Shown in pieces: positions 39,400 to 53,350 of a stretch of DNA of 64,000 nucleotides; positions within the stretch are counted from its first letter, which is position 1; each line of letters opens with the position of its first letter. The notes below the pieces were generated by a model, which made no database searches, had not been told where the DNA came from, and was given only the letters and a program-made list of their open reading frames with translations. The stretch comes from Haliotis cracherodii (Eukaryota), in contig NW_027266286.1 in NCBI RefSeq assembly GCF_022045235.1, positions 28,334,001 to 28,398,000 of the forward strand. The letters run 5' to 3'. The translations under genes were made by a program, and so were the position numbers.

Positions 39400-40412
39400 G
39401 TATTACATCTAATTATATACCGCTTAATTGTCTCATATGTCAGTAGTTAAAGGAAACACAGAGCTCAAAGTGAAGCCCTTTTCACTCTACATTCTCAATA
39501 GTCTTTATCAGAAGTGTTTGGCTTATGTTGGGTCCGACTTTAAACACACAAATGTATCATCAAATGTCTTTAAATCTATAGACTAGCATTATATCTACCT
39601 ATATACAACTTTATAGCGTCTCAGTTCGCTGTATTTAAAGAAAACAAGGTGCTCAAAGTGAAGCCCTTTTCCCTCTACATTCTAAACATAGTCTCTATCA
39701 AAAGTGTTTGGCTTGTGTTCGGTCCGACTTGGTCGGGGTTGTCAAAATCAACTTTAAACACATAGATGTATCATCAAATGTGTTTACATCTATAGATTAA
39801 TATTTTATCTACCTATATACCACTTTATAATGTCACAGTACATCGTATTTAAAGAAAACTGGTCCGTTAAAGTCAAACACTTTTCCTGTATTTTATTAAG
39901 AAAATCTCTGTCTGAAGTGTTGGCTCCGACTTGGCCCGGGCTGTCAAAATCAACTTAAACCTCACAGATGTATATTCAAATGTATTCACATCGATAAACG
40001 AGTTTAATATCTACCCATATACCACTTTATAGTGTCTCAGTACATCGTATATAAAGAAAACTGGTCCGTTAAAGTCAAACACTTTTCCTGTATTTTGTTA
40101 AGAAAATCTCTGTCAGAAGTGTTGGGTCCGACTTGGCCCGGGCTGTCAAAATCAACTTAAACCTCACAGATGTATATTCAAATGTATTCACATCTATAAA
40201 CGAGTTTAATATCTACCTATATACCACTTTAAAGAATCTCCGTTCGCTGTATTTAAAGAAAACAAGGTGCTCAAAGTGAAGCCCTTTTCCCTCTACATTC
40301 TCAACATAGTCTCTATCAAAAGTGTTTGGCTTGTGTTGGGTCCGACTTGGGCGGGCTGTCAAAATCAACTTTAAACTCACGGATGTATCATCAAATGTGT
40401 TTATATCTATAC
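39400..40412. repeat. About 200-bp tandem array, about 5 units
   Basis: CTACCTATATA anchors at about 39595, 39809, 40011 and 40213. Confidence 0.85.
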
Positions 40413-40599
40413 CTTGTTTTCTTTAAATACGATGTACTGTGACGGGAACATAAACATTATAATGATAATGATGATGATAGTTGTTTATGATGAGGATGAT
40501 CACCATATTTCAACGTCTATGGTGTGATTAACAAGGAGGCCTTTCATGATTGAATTTAATCGTGCACTATTGCACATATTTATTTATCTGAAGATCCTT

Positions 40600-41560
40600 T
40601 TGTGAAGCATGTCAAAACTGAAAAAAGTCATTCAATGGATTTTCCTAAACGACCCATTGATGCAGTACTGAATATCAATGTTAATGTTTATTTTGTTGAT
40701 GGTGCTGGACGGTACAGAAATGAGTGTCAATCAAGCGAAGTGCCATATCAAATCGACCCAGAACCAGTCACTTGCCACTCAAAACGTCAATGTGTGATTT
40801 TGTGTCAAAGTTGATGTCCAGCTTGACACAAACACAGTATCTTTGGCATGGTTCGATCCTCTTGTTACCGTAATGTGTGGTTTTGACTCCGAGACCATCA
40901 ATGGTACGACCCAGAATATGCTGGGGGCGTCGTGGGAAAGGATAATTACATATAAAATTCTTTGGTATACGCCCACATACAGAGTCAGACGTATCCAAGC
41001 GAACAAACCTGATATGGTCCTTTTTGATAGATCCAATGAAAGCATTGTATGACCGATTTATCTGTTTCTTTTGAAACTAATGAGATTCAGGAGAAACAAG
41101 GCAAAGACAGTATGAGGACCGTACTAACGAAATGTCAAGCTAGCTTCCCAAGTTGTTATACTCGCCATTTATAACAAGAAAAATCCCGTTTCCTGAATCT
41201 TAAAATAGTGTTTATATTAATAAAAATGCACACATTTCCAAATATTCGAAATATTCCAGTGTCCATACCGTCCACTATCCTTGAAGGATAATGATGACAT
41301 AGACGACAAAAACGACAACGACAACAACGATGTGCTGGATTGACTTTCAGAAAGCATATGATTCTGTCTGTTTGGGAATGTTTGGACATGTTGTAAAAAT
41401 TATCGTCAGTGTCCACATCGTCCACTATCCTGGAAGGTGTATCTTGCCACATATGTTTGCGGGTAGAGACACAAAACCAAATAAAGACATGACACATGTG
41501 TATGCATACAATTTGGAATAAAATGGACAATCCTAGACACATTCCACATTAAGCCATGTT
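40600..41560 (+). mobile_element. Rearranged relic of an RLE-type (R4/Dong-like) non-LTR element
   Basis: ILWY...IQANKPDMVLFD (restriction-like endonuclease PD motif) at 40955-41030 and CWIDFQKAYDSV (RT motif A) at 41333-41368. Confidence 0.55.
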
Positions 41561-42010
41561 AGATCATGTTTACACTGCTGTTTTATGTATGAGAACACAA
41601 GAAAGTTTTGTCAGTCATTCAAATCTCGGGTTCAGCAAAATTTTTCGTATCTATTTTTAGTAAAAATCGTTAGGAGTTTTGCGATCAGGGTGTTAGTTGT
41701 CAATGTTAGGTGCTTAAAATGCACTTTAATGAATCCTTGGAGTCTGTAACCTTGAGAAACGTTGTAATGTTATTAATACAAAAATCAGTGTAAGATAAAG
41801 CATATATTTTGTGACCGGAACCCTGATGTTCGAGGTAAAGATTACGTTTTGTGTACCATCAAAAGCATGCCAGTGATGACATTTCTTCAAAACATGACAA
41901 AATCCCAATCATCCACAACATGAGAGATATTGACCACGAATGTGTGTACCGAACACTCGAACATATTCTCCGATCACGACCGCCTCACCATAAAAATACA
42001 TATAGATTTG

Positions 42011-42290
42011 GACCTGTGAAGATCAGGGTCAGAACAGATCTTCAGGAACCTATGCTTGTATTAAAAGGTGACTATGGTTGTCGTTAGAGGCGACTAACGG
42101 GATCGGGTTGGTTGTCAGGCTCGCTGACTTGGTTGACTGGATGCATGTCATCTTATCCCAATTGTGTGGATTGATGCTCGTGATGTCAATCTCTGGATTG
42201 TCAGGTCCAGACTTGATTATTTGCATGACCTCCGTCATATAGCTGGCATATTGCTGAGTGTGGCGTTAAACAACAAAAAAACAAAACAAA
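42011..42290 (+). mobile_element. SINE-like family 2 copy
   Basis: Consensus match with A-rich tail. Confidence 0.85.
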
Positions 42291-43689
42291 ACATATAAAT
42301 TTAACCTCTTATTTCAAATTCGAGATAAAAATACATAGCGCCATCTCGAACTCCCAATCTGACTTTACTATAGAACTGTGTACCATGATATCGAAGTTTG
42401 AATTTGCCCCCGTGATAGCTTTAAGAAATCGAATTTTACTTAACTGTAAACAATTCTCCTCGATACAGGTTGAGGAATCGTAATGAAGCCAAAGAAAGTG
42501 ACCATTTGCAACATTGTCAAACTTAGTTTCATCCACAGAAACCACGGACTTTTTTCGCAAAACTAAAATTCAACTCAATCCTTCACTTGTTTTTCTGTCA
42601 CAATGTTTATTGATTATTACCTGCGAAATACATTTCAATTAGTCATCGAGATACATGTCAATTAGCCACACCTTACACCTGTTGTATTCAGAATTGATCG
42701 TCTATGCAATCGTATTTCTATGGATCTATAATACACTGTCTGTTACTCAGTTTTATTTCGCTTATTGACTTTCTACATAGGTGAACAGGGACATTTATTT
42801 TACATGTAAACAACATGTTATTCAGGAAAATATAATTACATGATAGGGGTTTGTGAACACACAAATAATTATTTATTCAAACACCTCTTCAAGCGATTTA
42901 CTCCGAAATACCTAATTATGTTTCACGTTTTTGGTTGGTGATTGTTCATTAATGTCATGTGTGTATGTTGCATCAATAATATGTAGGTATGATCGCCGAT
43001 AATGAAGTAATTAGCCAATAACACTTTGGTCCGTCTTGGCCCGGTCCGGCCCGACTTTTAGGCAATACCGGTTAAAAGCCTCTTTGAACAGTATTTCAAT
43101 TATATCACGGCGTGTCAGCTGAATGAGGGAGGAAAGCCCGAAGTGATGCAGTTCTCGCACGTTTACCCCTTTGTTGAAACCCAGGTCATAGGTATTCTGC
43201 TGGAAACCTTTAAACATAGCCCGGGCGAACCGGAATTCGAACCCACGATCATAAATAGATGTGACGTGCCCAAGGGATATAGTCTTTAGAATACCAGCGT
43301 CAAATCGGACACCAGGCACTGTGATTTAACTCACACTAATGAACGCGACAGTAAAGTATTACGTGGGAATATGTAGCGCATCAGGAAACACTCGTGCGAA
43401 CATTCAGGTTGTTATATTCATGTATATGTATACAGTTCGTATTCCAAGAGGGGGCGTGGTTGGCCCACTCGTCTAAGACAGAAACTGGGTGAGATTATTG
43501 TTGCACGCATGTATTTTCAATGGGAAATAATTTATCAAAAACTCCCCTCATAAACTACAAACCACGACCATGCTCTATAACTCACCTGGTATATGACAGA
43601 CATCCGATTCATATGAGATGTCACCATGGAATACAGCAATCGAAGTCACCTTCTCTAATGTTATTATCAAAGCAGCAGAAGCAGATTCC

Positions 43690-44850
43690 CTATATTACAT
43701 AGATACGTTGCCTCAATTTCACATAATTTCCTCAATTACATAGATACATTGCCTCAATTCCAAATATTTACCTCAATTTCACAGATACATTGCCTCAATT
43801 CTATAGTAATAACCTCACTTCCATAGATACATTGCCTCAGTTCCACATAATTTTCTCAATTATATAGATACATTGCCTCAATTCCAAATATTTACCTCCA
43901 TTTCATAGATATATTGCCTCAATTCTATAGTAATAACCTCATTTCCATAGATACATTGCCTCAATTCCACATAATTTCCTCAATTACATAGATACATAGC
44001 CATAATTCCAAATATTTACTCCAATTTCACAGATACATTGCCTCAACTCTATAGTAATAACCTCATTTCCATAGATACATTGCCTCAGTTCCACATAATT
44101 TTCTCAATTATATAGATACATTGCCTCAATTTCAAATATTTACCTCCATTTCATAGATATATTGCCTCAATTCTATAGTAATAACCTCATTTCCATAGAT
44201 ACATTGCCTCAATTCCACATAATTTCCTCAATTACATAGATACATAGCCTCAATTCCAAATATTTACTCCAATTTCACAGATACATTGCCTCAACTCTAT
44301 AGTAATAACCTCATTTCCATAGATACATTGCCTCAGTTCCACATGATTTCCTCAATTACATAGATACATATTGCCTCAATTCTATAATAATAACCTCATT
44401 TCCATAGATACATTGCCTCAATTCCAAATATTCACGCCAATTTCACAGACACATTGTCTTAATTCTATAGTAACTACCTCATTTCCTTAGATACATGGCA
44501 TCAGTTCCCCAGTAAATATCTCATTTCAGTGGACACATTATCTCAATTCCACAGTAATTACCTCAATTCCATGGACACTTTGCCTCAATTCCAACGTAAT
44601 TACCTCAATTACATACATAATTAATATCACATTGCCTCTGTCATTTCGAAACATTGTCCCAATTCCACAGTAATTACGTCTATTCCATCGCAGTTACCTC
44701 AGATTTAGGATACATTGTCCCAATTCCATACACACATTGCCTAAAGTGCACAGTAATTACGTCAATTCCAAATATATATTGCCCCAGTTCCAAAATATTC
44801 ACCTGAATTCTATGGATACATTGCGTCAGTCCCATAGTAATTACCTCATT
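43690..44850. repeat. Minisatellite of 20-22-bp monomers with 124/248-bp higher-order structure
   Basis: CATAGATACATTGCCTCAATTC-type monomers; CTATAGTAATAACCTC recurs at 43801, 43925, 44049, 44173, 44297. Confidence 0.92.
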
Positions 44851-44922
44851 TCAATACAAGCTCTCATGATAGCACTACGTGTAGGTGCCAGACGTTCTAA
44901 TGTAATCTGTTTACGCCTATAT

Positions 44923-45146
44923 ACCCGTGAAGATCCGGGTTAGAATAGGTCTTCAGCAACCCTTTGCTTGCCGTGAAAGGCGACTATGTCGTCAGAGGCG
45001 ACTAACGGGATCGGGTGGTCATGGTTGACATGGTTGATGCGTGTCATTGTATCCCAATTACGTAGATCGATCTCATGATGTCAATCACTGAATTGTCTGG
45101 TCCAGAATCCATTATTTACAGGCTGCCGTCATATAGCTGGAATATT
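44923..45146 (+). mobile_element. SINE-like family 2 copy
   Basis: Consensus match; tail truncated. Confidence 0.8.
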
Positions 45147-45664
45147 TAATATTATGGTGATAAGGTAAGGATGTCAGTAGCTCAGTGTCGGTCCTACTAC
45201 ATCTTCAAACATCTGTTCCTTTAATAACTGCAGTGAAGCCAAAAGTCCAATTTTAATAACAACTGTACGCTCCAGAGTGGGTCCATCGATATGTTCTGCT
45301 CAATAATACTACAACATGTGTACAGTCTTCTTGTCATGTTTATACCCTGTCGAAAAGAACTTGTACCATTCACTCAGCATGAACAATATACTGTAGGAGA
45401 ATCATACGGCATATCAGTTCTGCCAAAAACCTCAAGGATACGCATACCTTTTCGCAAAGACCTGATGTCATGTGATATATAAACACATGTTGTCCCAAAG
45501 GTACAATTTCTTATAATCATGGAAATGTTATTGTGAAATGAAATGTGTCAAGGGAAAGCACATCACCAATTGTTCGATGTATTTTTTCTCCATTCCATCA
45601 TGGTAATAACATGACCTGCCACCAGAACTTTCAAATATGCATGCAAATAGCCTTCAAATCACAA

Positions 45665-45830
45665 AGGGATAGCCTCGTGGGTAAAGCGTTCGCTCGCTCG
45701 TTTCACACAAAAGACTCGGGTTCGATTTCCCACATGAGTACAATGTGTGAAGCCCATTTCTGATGTTCCCCGCCATGATGATTCTGGAATATGTCTCAAA
45801 AAGCAGTTCTATGCTTGCTCACTCACGCAC
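45665..45830 (+). mobile_element. SINE family 1 copy (diverged)
   Basis: GGTTCGATTTCCCACATGAGTACAATGTGTGAAGCCCATTTCTG. Confidence 0.75.
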
Positions 45831-46143
45831 TCCAACAAAAAACACTCTATGTGCGTCAGAAGATGATGGGGGAAGCTATTTTTATGAGATGGTGACATCG
45901 TATCCTGAACGAATGCATAGTGGCCAACTGGCCTTGGCTTTTCATCATATAGAAATTGAGATATAATACAATGGTCAATGACGATTGGGGACAACATCTT
46001 TGAGAAAGAAAGTAGCTGCCAAAGGATATATTAGTATTTATTGAGTATGTAAGAATGTCTCATTTGCCTTGTCATGTGAAATCCATGTGTACAGGAAATC
46101 TACATCCACTGTTTGACGATTCTGTAGGAGACGCCGTGTACGC

Positions 46144-48677
46144 TCAGTTGGTGGTGCAGCTGTTACCGGTGATGCTGTATGTCCCCGCATACTCACTAAC
46201 TCCACTGTAAAGAAAGAAACGAAAATATGAATAAAACATGTCATTTAATTATTGTTTTACAAATAGCTTTTGCCGAAGAGACTTCCTACCATCAAAGGAA
46301 CATAATATGGTGGTGCGTTGACGAAATATTCTAGAATCAATTCCCCGGATAACATGTTCCCAAAACATACAGGGTACTTTATTGTTGTTGGTCTCCTCTT
46401 TTCATTTACAATCATATCTATGATATATTTATTACCCATATTGGCTCAAATATGCAGTGTAATATCTTTTTGATATTTGCACAGTGTACAATTAGTGAAT
46501 CTCGAAGCTGATTGGTCAGTTGAACAAAGCTCAATTTTCATTGGACAACGGGACTATTTTTTTCTCATCCCATTCATTCGGATGTTTTACGTGCTACAAT
46601 CTCTCTAAATCGACATTTTTAAGACAAGAAACATGGTTTCATATCAACAACATGATTTCAGATTATTCTTTTTCATTTATTTCACATGAACTTCGTTTTA
46701 CAGTAAAAACCAAAACTACGTCTGCGTTTGTAAACAAACATGGCTGGCCATTTGACACCTGTCAAAGTAAATGACCTCGTTAAAGCGGACGGAGATCTGA
46801 CTGACATGAAGAGTTATTCGTATAATTCAACTCTGAACACATTTTATGTCTTTGTTGTCAAAACTGTATATGGCCAGATTGAAGCTCCATGATTCAGATT
46901 GCGATGTTGGCAGAAACTGTTCCTAGTGCGCCAAGATCACCACGAAGTCCGGGTTTGCGTCTGCGTTAGAGGACGTGCTGTTTGATGAATTTTTCGACCA
47001 CCCGAATCCAAAACCCGGACATGTTTGCCTTTGTGAACGATGATGACATCGATATCTGCCAATGAAAATGAAAACACAATGAAAAAGACTAAACTTGACA
47101 AGTGAACATGAACTTACTTCACAAATTTATACAGGTAAAAAAAACGCGAAAAATAGCTCACACTTTCAACGATGGCATAAGAATAAAAAGAAACTCATTT
47201 TGCAACAACTTTTAGACTTTCCGAAAGACAACATAAAGATCCATTATTTCGTATAATTTTGTAATATTGTGTGAAGAAATAAGAACGTTGTGACACTTTT
47301 GTATACTGTGTGAATGTATACGTTTTCAGAATCCGAAATGTCTACTTTGAAGGAGATCAAGGGTAGCATAGATTGTTACCTGAGCGACATGATTGCCAAC
47401 ACTTGCTGAACTCGGAGAGGTTTAGAAATGAAAACAAAAATATTTAAAAATACAAGGAAAAGAAAACTTACCCCAGCGAGCTGATCCTGTGTCCGATATT
47501 GAACTAAATGAACTTCGTGAATGCGGACAGCTTGTCACCAAGTCTCCGAATACCGTGTTCGTCTATCAACAGCTATTCGACCATTAGCCTGTGAATCACA
47601 TCAAAACATAAACTAACTCCCGTCATCTACTCGGCTTTGTCCACCCCACAAGCCTGTTTGACAAGTCTTCCTAAAATCCCACATGGACATGTTTCCAATC
47701 AGTCACACATGTCTCAAATCACACACGATGCTCATTAAACTTGTTGTCCGGATTAAACTGTAACGCCGGTTCTCTTGTCATTCCGGGTTTCGGCTGTCTC
47801 ATATCTGTGTCAAGTCGGGTCATTCATTCCGACACTGTGACAGCAATCCTACTTTTCAAAATTTACCTACTATTCGTAACTTATCTCTAACAAACAAGAC
47901 TTCTGTACATTCCGTCTATGTTGTTGTTATAGGTTTTGGGATATTTTTCAAATGACACATAAAAAATTGACATTTCTTCCGTGTTTCCTCTCCTCAATGT
48001 GAAATGTACGTCTCTGCCGATGCACGAAGGCGGCTGTCTGTCAGTGACGATATCTTGTCAAAACAAGCCTTGATTTAAAAACCTGATGAACCTTTTTGGA
48101 AACTTGTCTTCTTTATCAATGCTAAATAGTGTACGCTGTGTGAATGAGACAGAAATATAACTGCAATAATGTGATCTTTTAGTTTTTTAACATAACTATA
48201 TTTCTCACGCGTAACAACACGTTCAGTGAGTAATGCGATTGGAGTGAGTTGACAGTGTTTTTTTCACACGCGGATTGATACAAAACAGCTGATTCTTGAT
48301 CGGCGACAGTTTATTTCCCTTGAAACGTCTTTAATATGATTATGGGTAATAAATAGAATAACCCACTCGGTACAAGTGATTACGGAAAATATGTCACTCG
48401 TGAAAAGCTCGGAACTAAAAACATTAATTTCGCTCGTGACATATTTTCCGTAATCACTCGTACCTCGTGGTCTGTAATTAGTTCAAGAGAATGGCGTAGA
48501 ATATTGCTGGTCTCCTCAAAGAAAAAGCTGATCGAGGTCAAATATATTGTTTTTTCGAAATTGTGCAAACTTAAGCGCAGTTGAGCTAACGTTTGTAATA
48601 CTAGACTTGTAAGTCAGTTCCACATTTCGGCTGATAGATCATGGAACATGCGCACTTTGCGAAGGTTGAGGTGCTGG
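46144..48677 (-). pseudogene. Kazal paralogue C: degraded exon 2 (48677-48575) and intact exon 3 (46204-46144)
   Basis: Exon 2 reads STSTFAKCACSMIYQPKCGTDLQV*YYKR*LNC with two TAG stops and a TTAAGT donor. Exon 3 encodes the same GVSEYAGTYSITGNSCTTN* and is followed by AATAAA at 46042-46037. Confidence 0.8.
46426..48470 (+). mobile_element. About 2-kb non-autonomous DNA element with a subterminal IR and a long 3' palindrome (Crypton/Helentron-like)
   Basis: 15-bp IR TATTTATTACCCATA (46426-46440) / TATGGGTAATAAATA (48341-48355), then a palindrome with 35-bp arms (48363-48397 / 48436-48470). Lies between exons 2 and 3 of Kazal copy C. Confidence 0.6.
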
Positions 48678-50735
48678 CTGGCTGGTGGGTGGGGGCAGGA
48701 GTCAGCTGTGAAATATACATAATCTTGCATTTTGGTAAAATTTCATTTATAAACCAAAGTATAAACAATATATTACATTGCGATATTTGCTGTTATGTGG
48801 TTGTGTTTATTTCGTTAATAGGCTACCGACCTATTATACAGGTTAAAGTGATGGCTAATAGTTGCAATTATATAAGGGACATCTTATGAAGATACATGGC
48901 GATTAATAGATATAGCTGAGTGTTTCTGTGTCACAACTATCACATATCAATTATGAATAACATATGTAATATGTTTTATCGAGCATGCTACATTTTGTTC
49001 ATTCCTAATATAAGATATTTATCATACGAAGGTAAATAATCGTTTTATCATATAATGTCATTCTTAAATAATCGATGTTTTAGACTAATTCAATGTTTAA
49101 GATGTCTTTGAATGAACTGCCCCATTTATCAAATAGTGCCAAATGATGTGCAGCCTTGTTTGTTCACAGAATCACCCACACATTGGGAAAGACCCATCTG
49201 AACGTACATGTATTTGGAAAGTTTTTTTAGCTATCAGATATTTCATCGATGTGAACTTGAAAGTTCTTCCTGCTAGGTGACTGGTATCAAACATATGTGT
49301 GAGATTGAATTCCAGGCCCGTGATTGGCTACTCCATGGTTATGACCTGAGGTCAGATTTCGACGGACAATTTTGAAATGTCGCCTAGAATCGTTTAGAAT
49401 GTTTTGGGAAATACGCAAACACAAACACCGAAGTGTACGTTCCGCCATTTTGGATAGTGTTTACAAAATCACGTTTCAGTTGCTGTTTATGAGACGCCTA
49501 TTAGATCACGTATATTTCAAACTCAGCTGCGATGCTTGCATCCCTGAAATCCTCATACACTTTAGAATCAAATGGCCTTTGTTACCAATACAAATTATCT
49601 AGATGAAATATAGGATAGTCTATGGTCTGTCTCTTAACAACTGTTAAGCTATTCAGTACTTTTGAATAAGGAAAACTAACCAGCACCGGGTTCGTTACTC
49701 AGTTCATGTCCAAGAAAATATATAAATAAATGGAATAAAGAATCTGCTTCTGTTTTTATTTATGTACCTATTTACAATAAAGACTTAAATTGTGGGAAAA
49801 CCTTTATAGAAGTAGCCCTCATTAAATACTGACTGTATTTTAGGACAAATAAACAAATATAGGAAAATTTAATTGTACAATGAGTTTGGCCTCTGCTCGT
49901 AGACCCTGTCACTGTGTCGCTTTCTTCAACCACACCACCTATATCCGTTCCCACAGAAAAAAAACCATTTCTGGTTAGTGTCCATCATTACCCACAACAG
50001 AACAGAGTCTTACAATGTATCTGTGTTTTCATGAATTACGTGACTGGTCAGTTAATGGTGGTGACATATCACACAGCTGCAGTAAGATGTCTTACTACTC
50101 TCCGAATGTTTGGTAATATAAAATGATTTGTTTAGGTTTGTAACTTTGATCGTTGACTACGACCTGGAATGGATCCTATGATTGTATTCATCATATAGGT
50201 GACAAGTTAACCTCACGTTTGTTTGCACAGTTCCAGACAACCACTTGTATAGTGTAGTAAACTTAGATTATAGTTTAGTAGAGTTCAAGACTTCAGTAAA
50301 CATAAGTCTACATTGTCTGTATAGATACATTGCCATTTGCCAGTCAGATGGATCAGTTTTGCATTGTGCCGTATATAACTTTCTGTCGGCAGCAAATTTA
50401 CCTTTGAAATGAACATAACTGCTATCTGGCAAAAGATTTTGTATAGAAAATACTGTCTAGGTAACTCACTACATTTAACTGTAATGAAAATTATCATACA
50501 AGAGTGTAAGTAGTATTGTAAACCTTTCCTGCAAATAAAGTGAATACAGTTTGATCTATCCCCTTTTAGTTCGTTTTTATTTATCCATAAACTGCGGGAA
50601 GAATCCGACTGATTAGTGTTATTGATATAAGATGGATGGTGCTGTTTAGAATCCAGCTGCTTGAACATAGATTAGACGACCTCACATTTGTCAATTTGTT
50701 GGACATGAACTGAAAACTAAAATGCTGCAGTTTAG

Positions 50736-51156
50736 TTTTTCGTTATTCAAAAGTACTGAAAAACTAAACAGCTTTTGGACGATGTAAGACGAACCTGCTG
50801 TCATATATTAATTGAGTATCAGTGTATTTGACCACATTACTGTAGTTGTTTAATATATAGTCTTTGAATAACGAACCCTGTGCTGGCTTGTTTTTCGTTA
50901 TTCGAAAAACGAATAACGAATAACGAACCCTCGGGAAATACGGTATCTTATATTTGTTATACCAAGTCTGAATAACGAACCCGGTGCTGGTTTGTTTTTC
51001 GTTATTCAAAAGTACTGAATAACTAAACAGCTTTTGGATGATGATGTAAGACGAACCTGCCGTCATATATTAAATGAGTTCCAGTGTATTTGACCAGATT
51101 ACTATAGTTGTTTAATATACAGCCTTTGAATAAAGAACCCGGTGCTGGCTTGTTTG
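50736..51156. repeat. Direct tandem duplication, period about 259 bp
   Basis: TTTTTCGTTATTCAAAAGTACTGAA.AACTAAACAGCTTTTGGA at 50736 and 50995; internal GAATAACGAACCC motifs. Confidence 0.85.
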
Positions 51157-52049
51157 ACTTCAGGTCCCTTGAACCCCACTGCTGCCACTATCACAGCATT
51201 AATATTAGTTTCGTTATGATAACTTAAGCTACTACCACGACAACCACTACTGTCACTACCACTAACAGTACATACATTCACACAGCCTTGTTGGGACAAT
51301 AAACGACAAATTACAATAACCACTGTTATTGGACGCGATGTCACAGCTGTGTGTAATCGATACATAGTGTTCACATTACTGTCCTCCTAATGCAAACGGC
51401 ATTTATCATCACAAACATTTTCCAAATCTATACATGTTTTTTTCATATAGTTGGTAATTTAAATCAATGGCCCCCAAGCAAGTATTATCTAAATAGTATT
51501 TGATAAACACTTTCGGATGGGGTTTATGTTAAATGATATTTAACTGTGAAGGAGAACTTACACTGTTTAGAGCAACATAACAGCCATACAGCGTCCCGTA
51601 ATCGAGTCAGGATAAGCCCGTTTTCGGTAATATTAACGATCCATCATCTTTTAAAGTCAGTAGGTCACTAGTCTATAATAGTTTTTTTATGCTTTTCGTT
51701 CCCACTTTTTCCTGCAAACCTTTTCTTAATTTACAGTGGCTGTGTTCTGTAAACAATTATTCTGACTGGTAGTAACGTTGCTGGTGTGTGCAGTACTTTT
51801 CAGTGGCTATCATATATCATGAGCATTGGGATCAATTACGAAATGGTGAAAATATGTTGTGTTCTCGAAAACGTGTACGGAATTTTGTAACTTAGGCCAA
51901 TACATTTCAGAGTTCTTATGCAATCAGTGGATATCAGAGACATAAACTGTTGATAAACAGAGCGTTCATCAAGACATTCTTTCCTTTCCTTATTTTTCAC
52001 ACACCTTTAATACGTGATAGTCATCCTCTATTTACATTCTTAGTATTGC

Positions 52050-53350
52050 AGTACAGGCAAAGTCGTTCTGTCGTTCCTCACGTGAAGTGTTAGAGCGTCG
52101 TCCACATTCAATTGCTAATCTAAAGTTGTTATATCTGAATCTTGAGATAATTCTTTTGCAACACAGAGGAAGCTCAGATGATGATAGTATCGCTCAACAT
52201 TGAGTAAGGATTTGTATTGTGAGTAGTATTGACATGTAGGTGAAGTTTCCAGGAGATAGGTTCAAATTTTGGTAGAGACAGTCGTGTAATCTTTGTTTTC
52301 AAATACTTTAAAAAAACATTTTATATCACTGATTTCTTGACTTAACCATGCAAAACCGTATCCATATTGGAAGAAGAAGGTCCTGATGTGGGTTGTCCAT
52401 GTTGTTTTACCACAATCATCCAGTGACTTAAGCATAATTGCATAATTAAGCATATATGCATGTTGTGCTAGCCTGCGACTCCCCATATTAAAGAGCCTGC
52501 ATCAATAGTTGACTGCTCTTGACATGTAACGATGCTGCAAACGGGTTCTGCCACTCACATTTTATCACAGTCTATATATGTTAAAGTGTTGTTGAAATTG
52601 GTTGATTGGTAATAATGCCTTAGTGGCTTGTGCTGCTAAACATATTGATGATTGGACCATGAGAGTTTGGGAGTGAAAAAAGTGCCAAGATATTTGTAGT
52701 TATTCACAGTTTCTATTTACCGTTTCTCATAATGTTTAAGTGGTCCGCCTTTTCTGAATACAATGATCTTGATAGTCTTGTTGAGATAGATATACATTCC
52801 TGTAGCATTACAAAACTTTTCAACAATATTAATTTTCTTCTTGAGTTGGTCTTTAGATGGAGACTCAAAACAGAACAGCATGATCAACAGTCAAAAAGCT
52901 TTTGAAATGTCAATGAAGAGACAGTAAAATCGGCCGTCTATTTCACTAGATATTTTAGTTTCATAGCCTCAGGTGTACAAAAACGCCAACAGTAGAATAG
53001 TTCGTCCGACAACCAGCTCTGATTTACGGTATTAGTGTCACACCACCGTTTTAGTCTTTGATTTACCACACTTGTCAACACTTTACACAATGAATCAATC
53101 AGGGATACACCTGTATACTATACCCATAGTTGTTTGGATCATTCACACTGCCAGACTTATGAAACGGCCATATAATACTCATTCCCTAGACATCTGGGTT
53201 GCTGAGAAGCATTTTATTAAAAAGTTTAGTAAGCAGTGAAGTTATATGGTATCTTGTTTGTTTTAAAACATTCATTTCCCATTCCACCAGGGCAATGTGA
53301 TTATGCGTATGCTCTTTAAACAGTTTTAGATGTCATCTTCTTGGAAAGTA
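52050..53350 (-). mobile_element. Degenerate LINE ORF2 relic (RTEX-like)
   Basis: Fragments CLFIDISKAFD (near 52900), YKYLG (near 52690) and GKTTWTTHIRTFFFQYGYGFAWLSQ (ORF 52262-52486); many frameshifts. Confidence 0.7.

Noticed and set aside
43690-44850. CRISPR-like appearance of the regular repeat
   Set aside because: The intervening units are related to the repeat and recur periodically; there are no unique spacers and no cas genes, and the context is eukaryotic.
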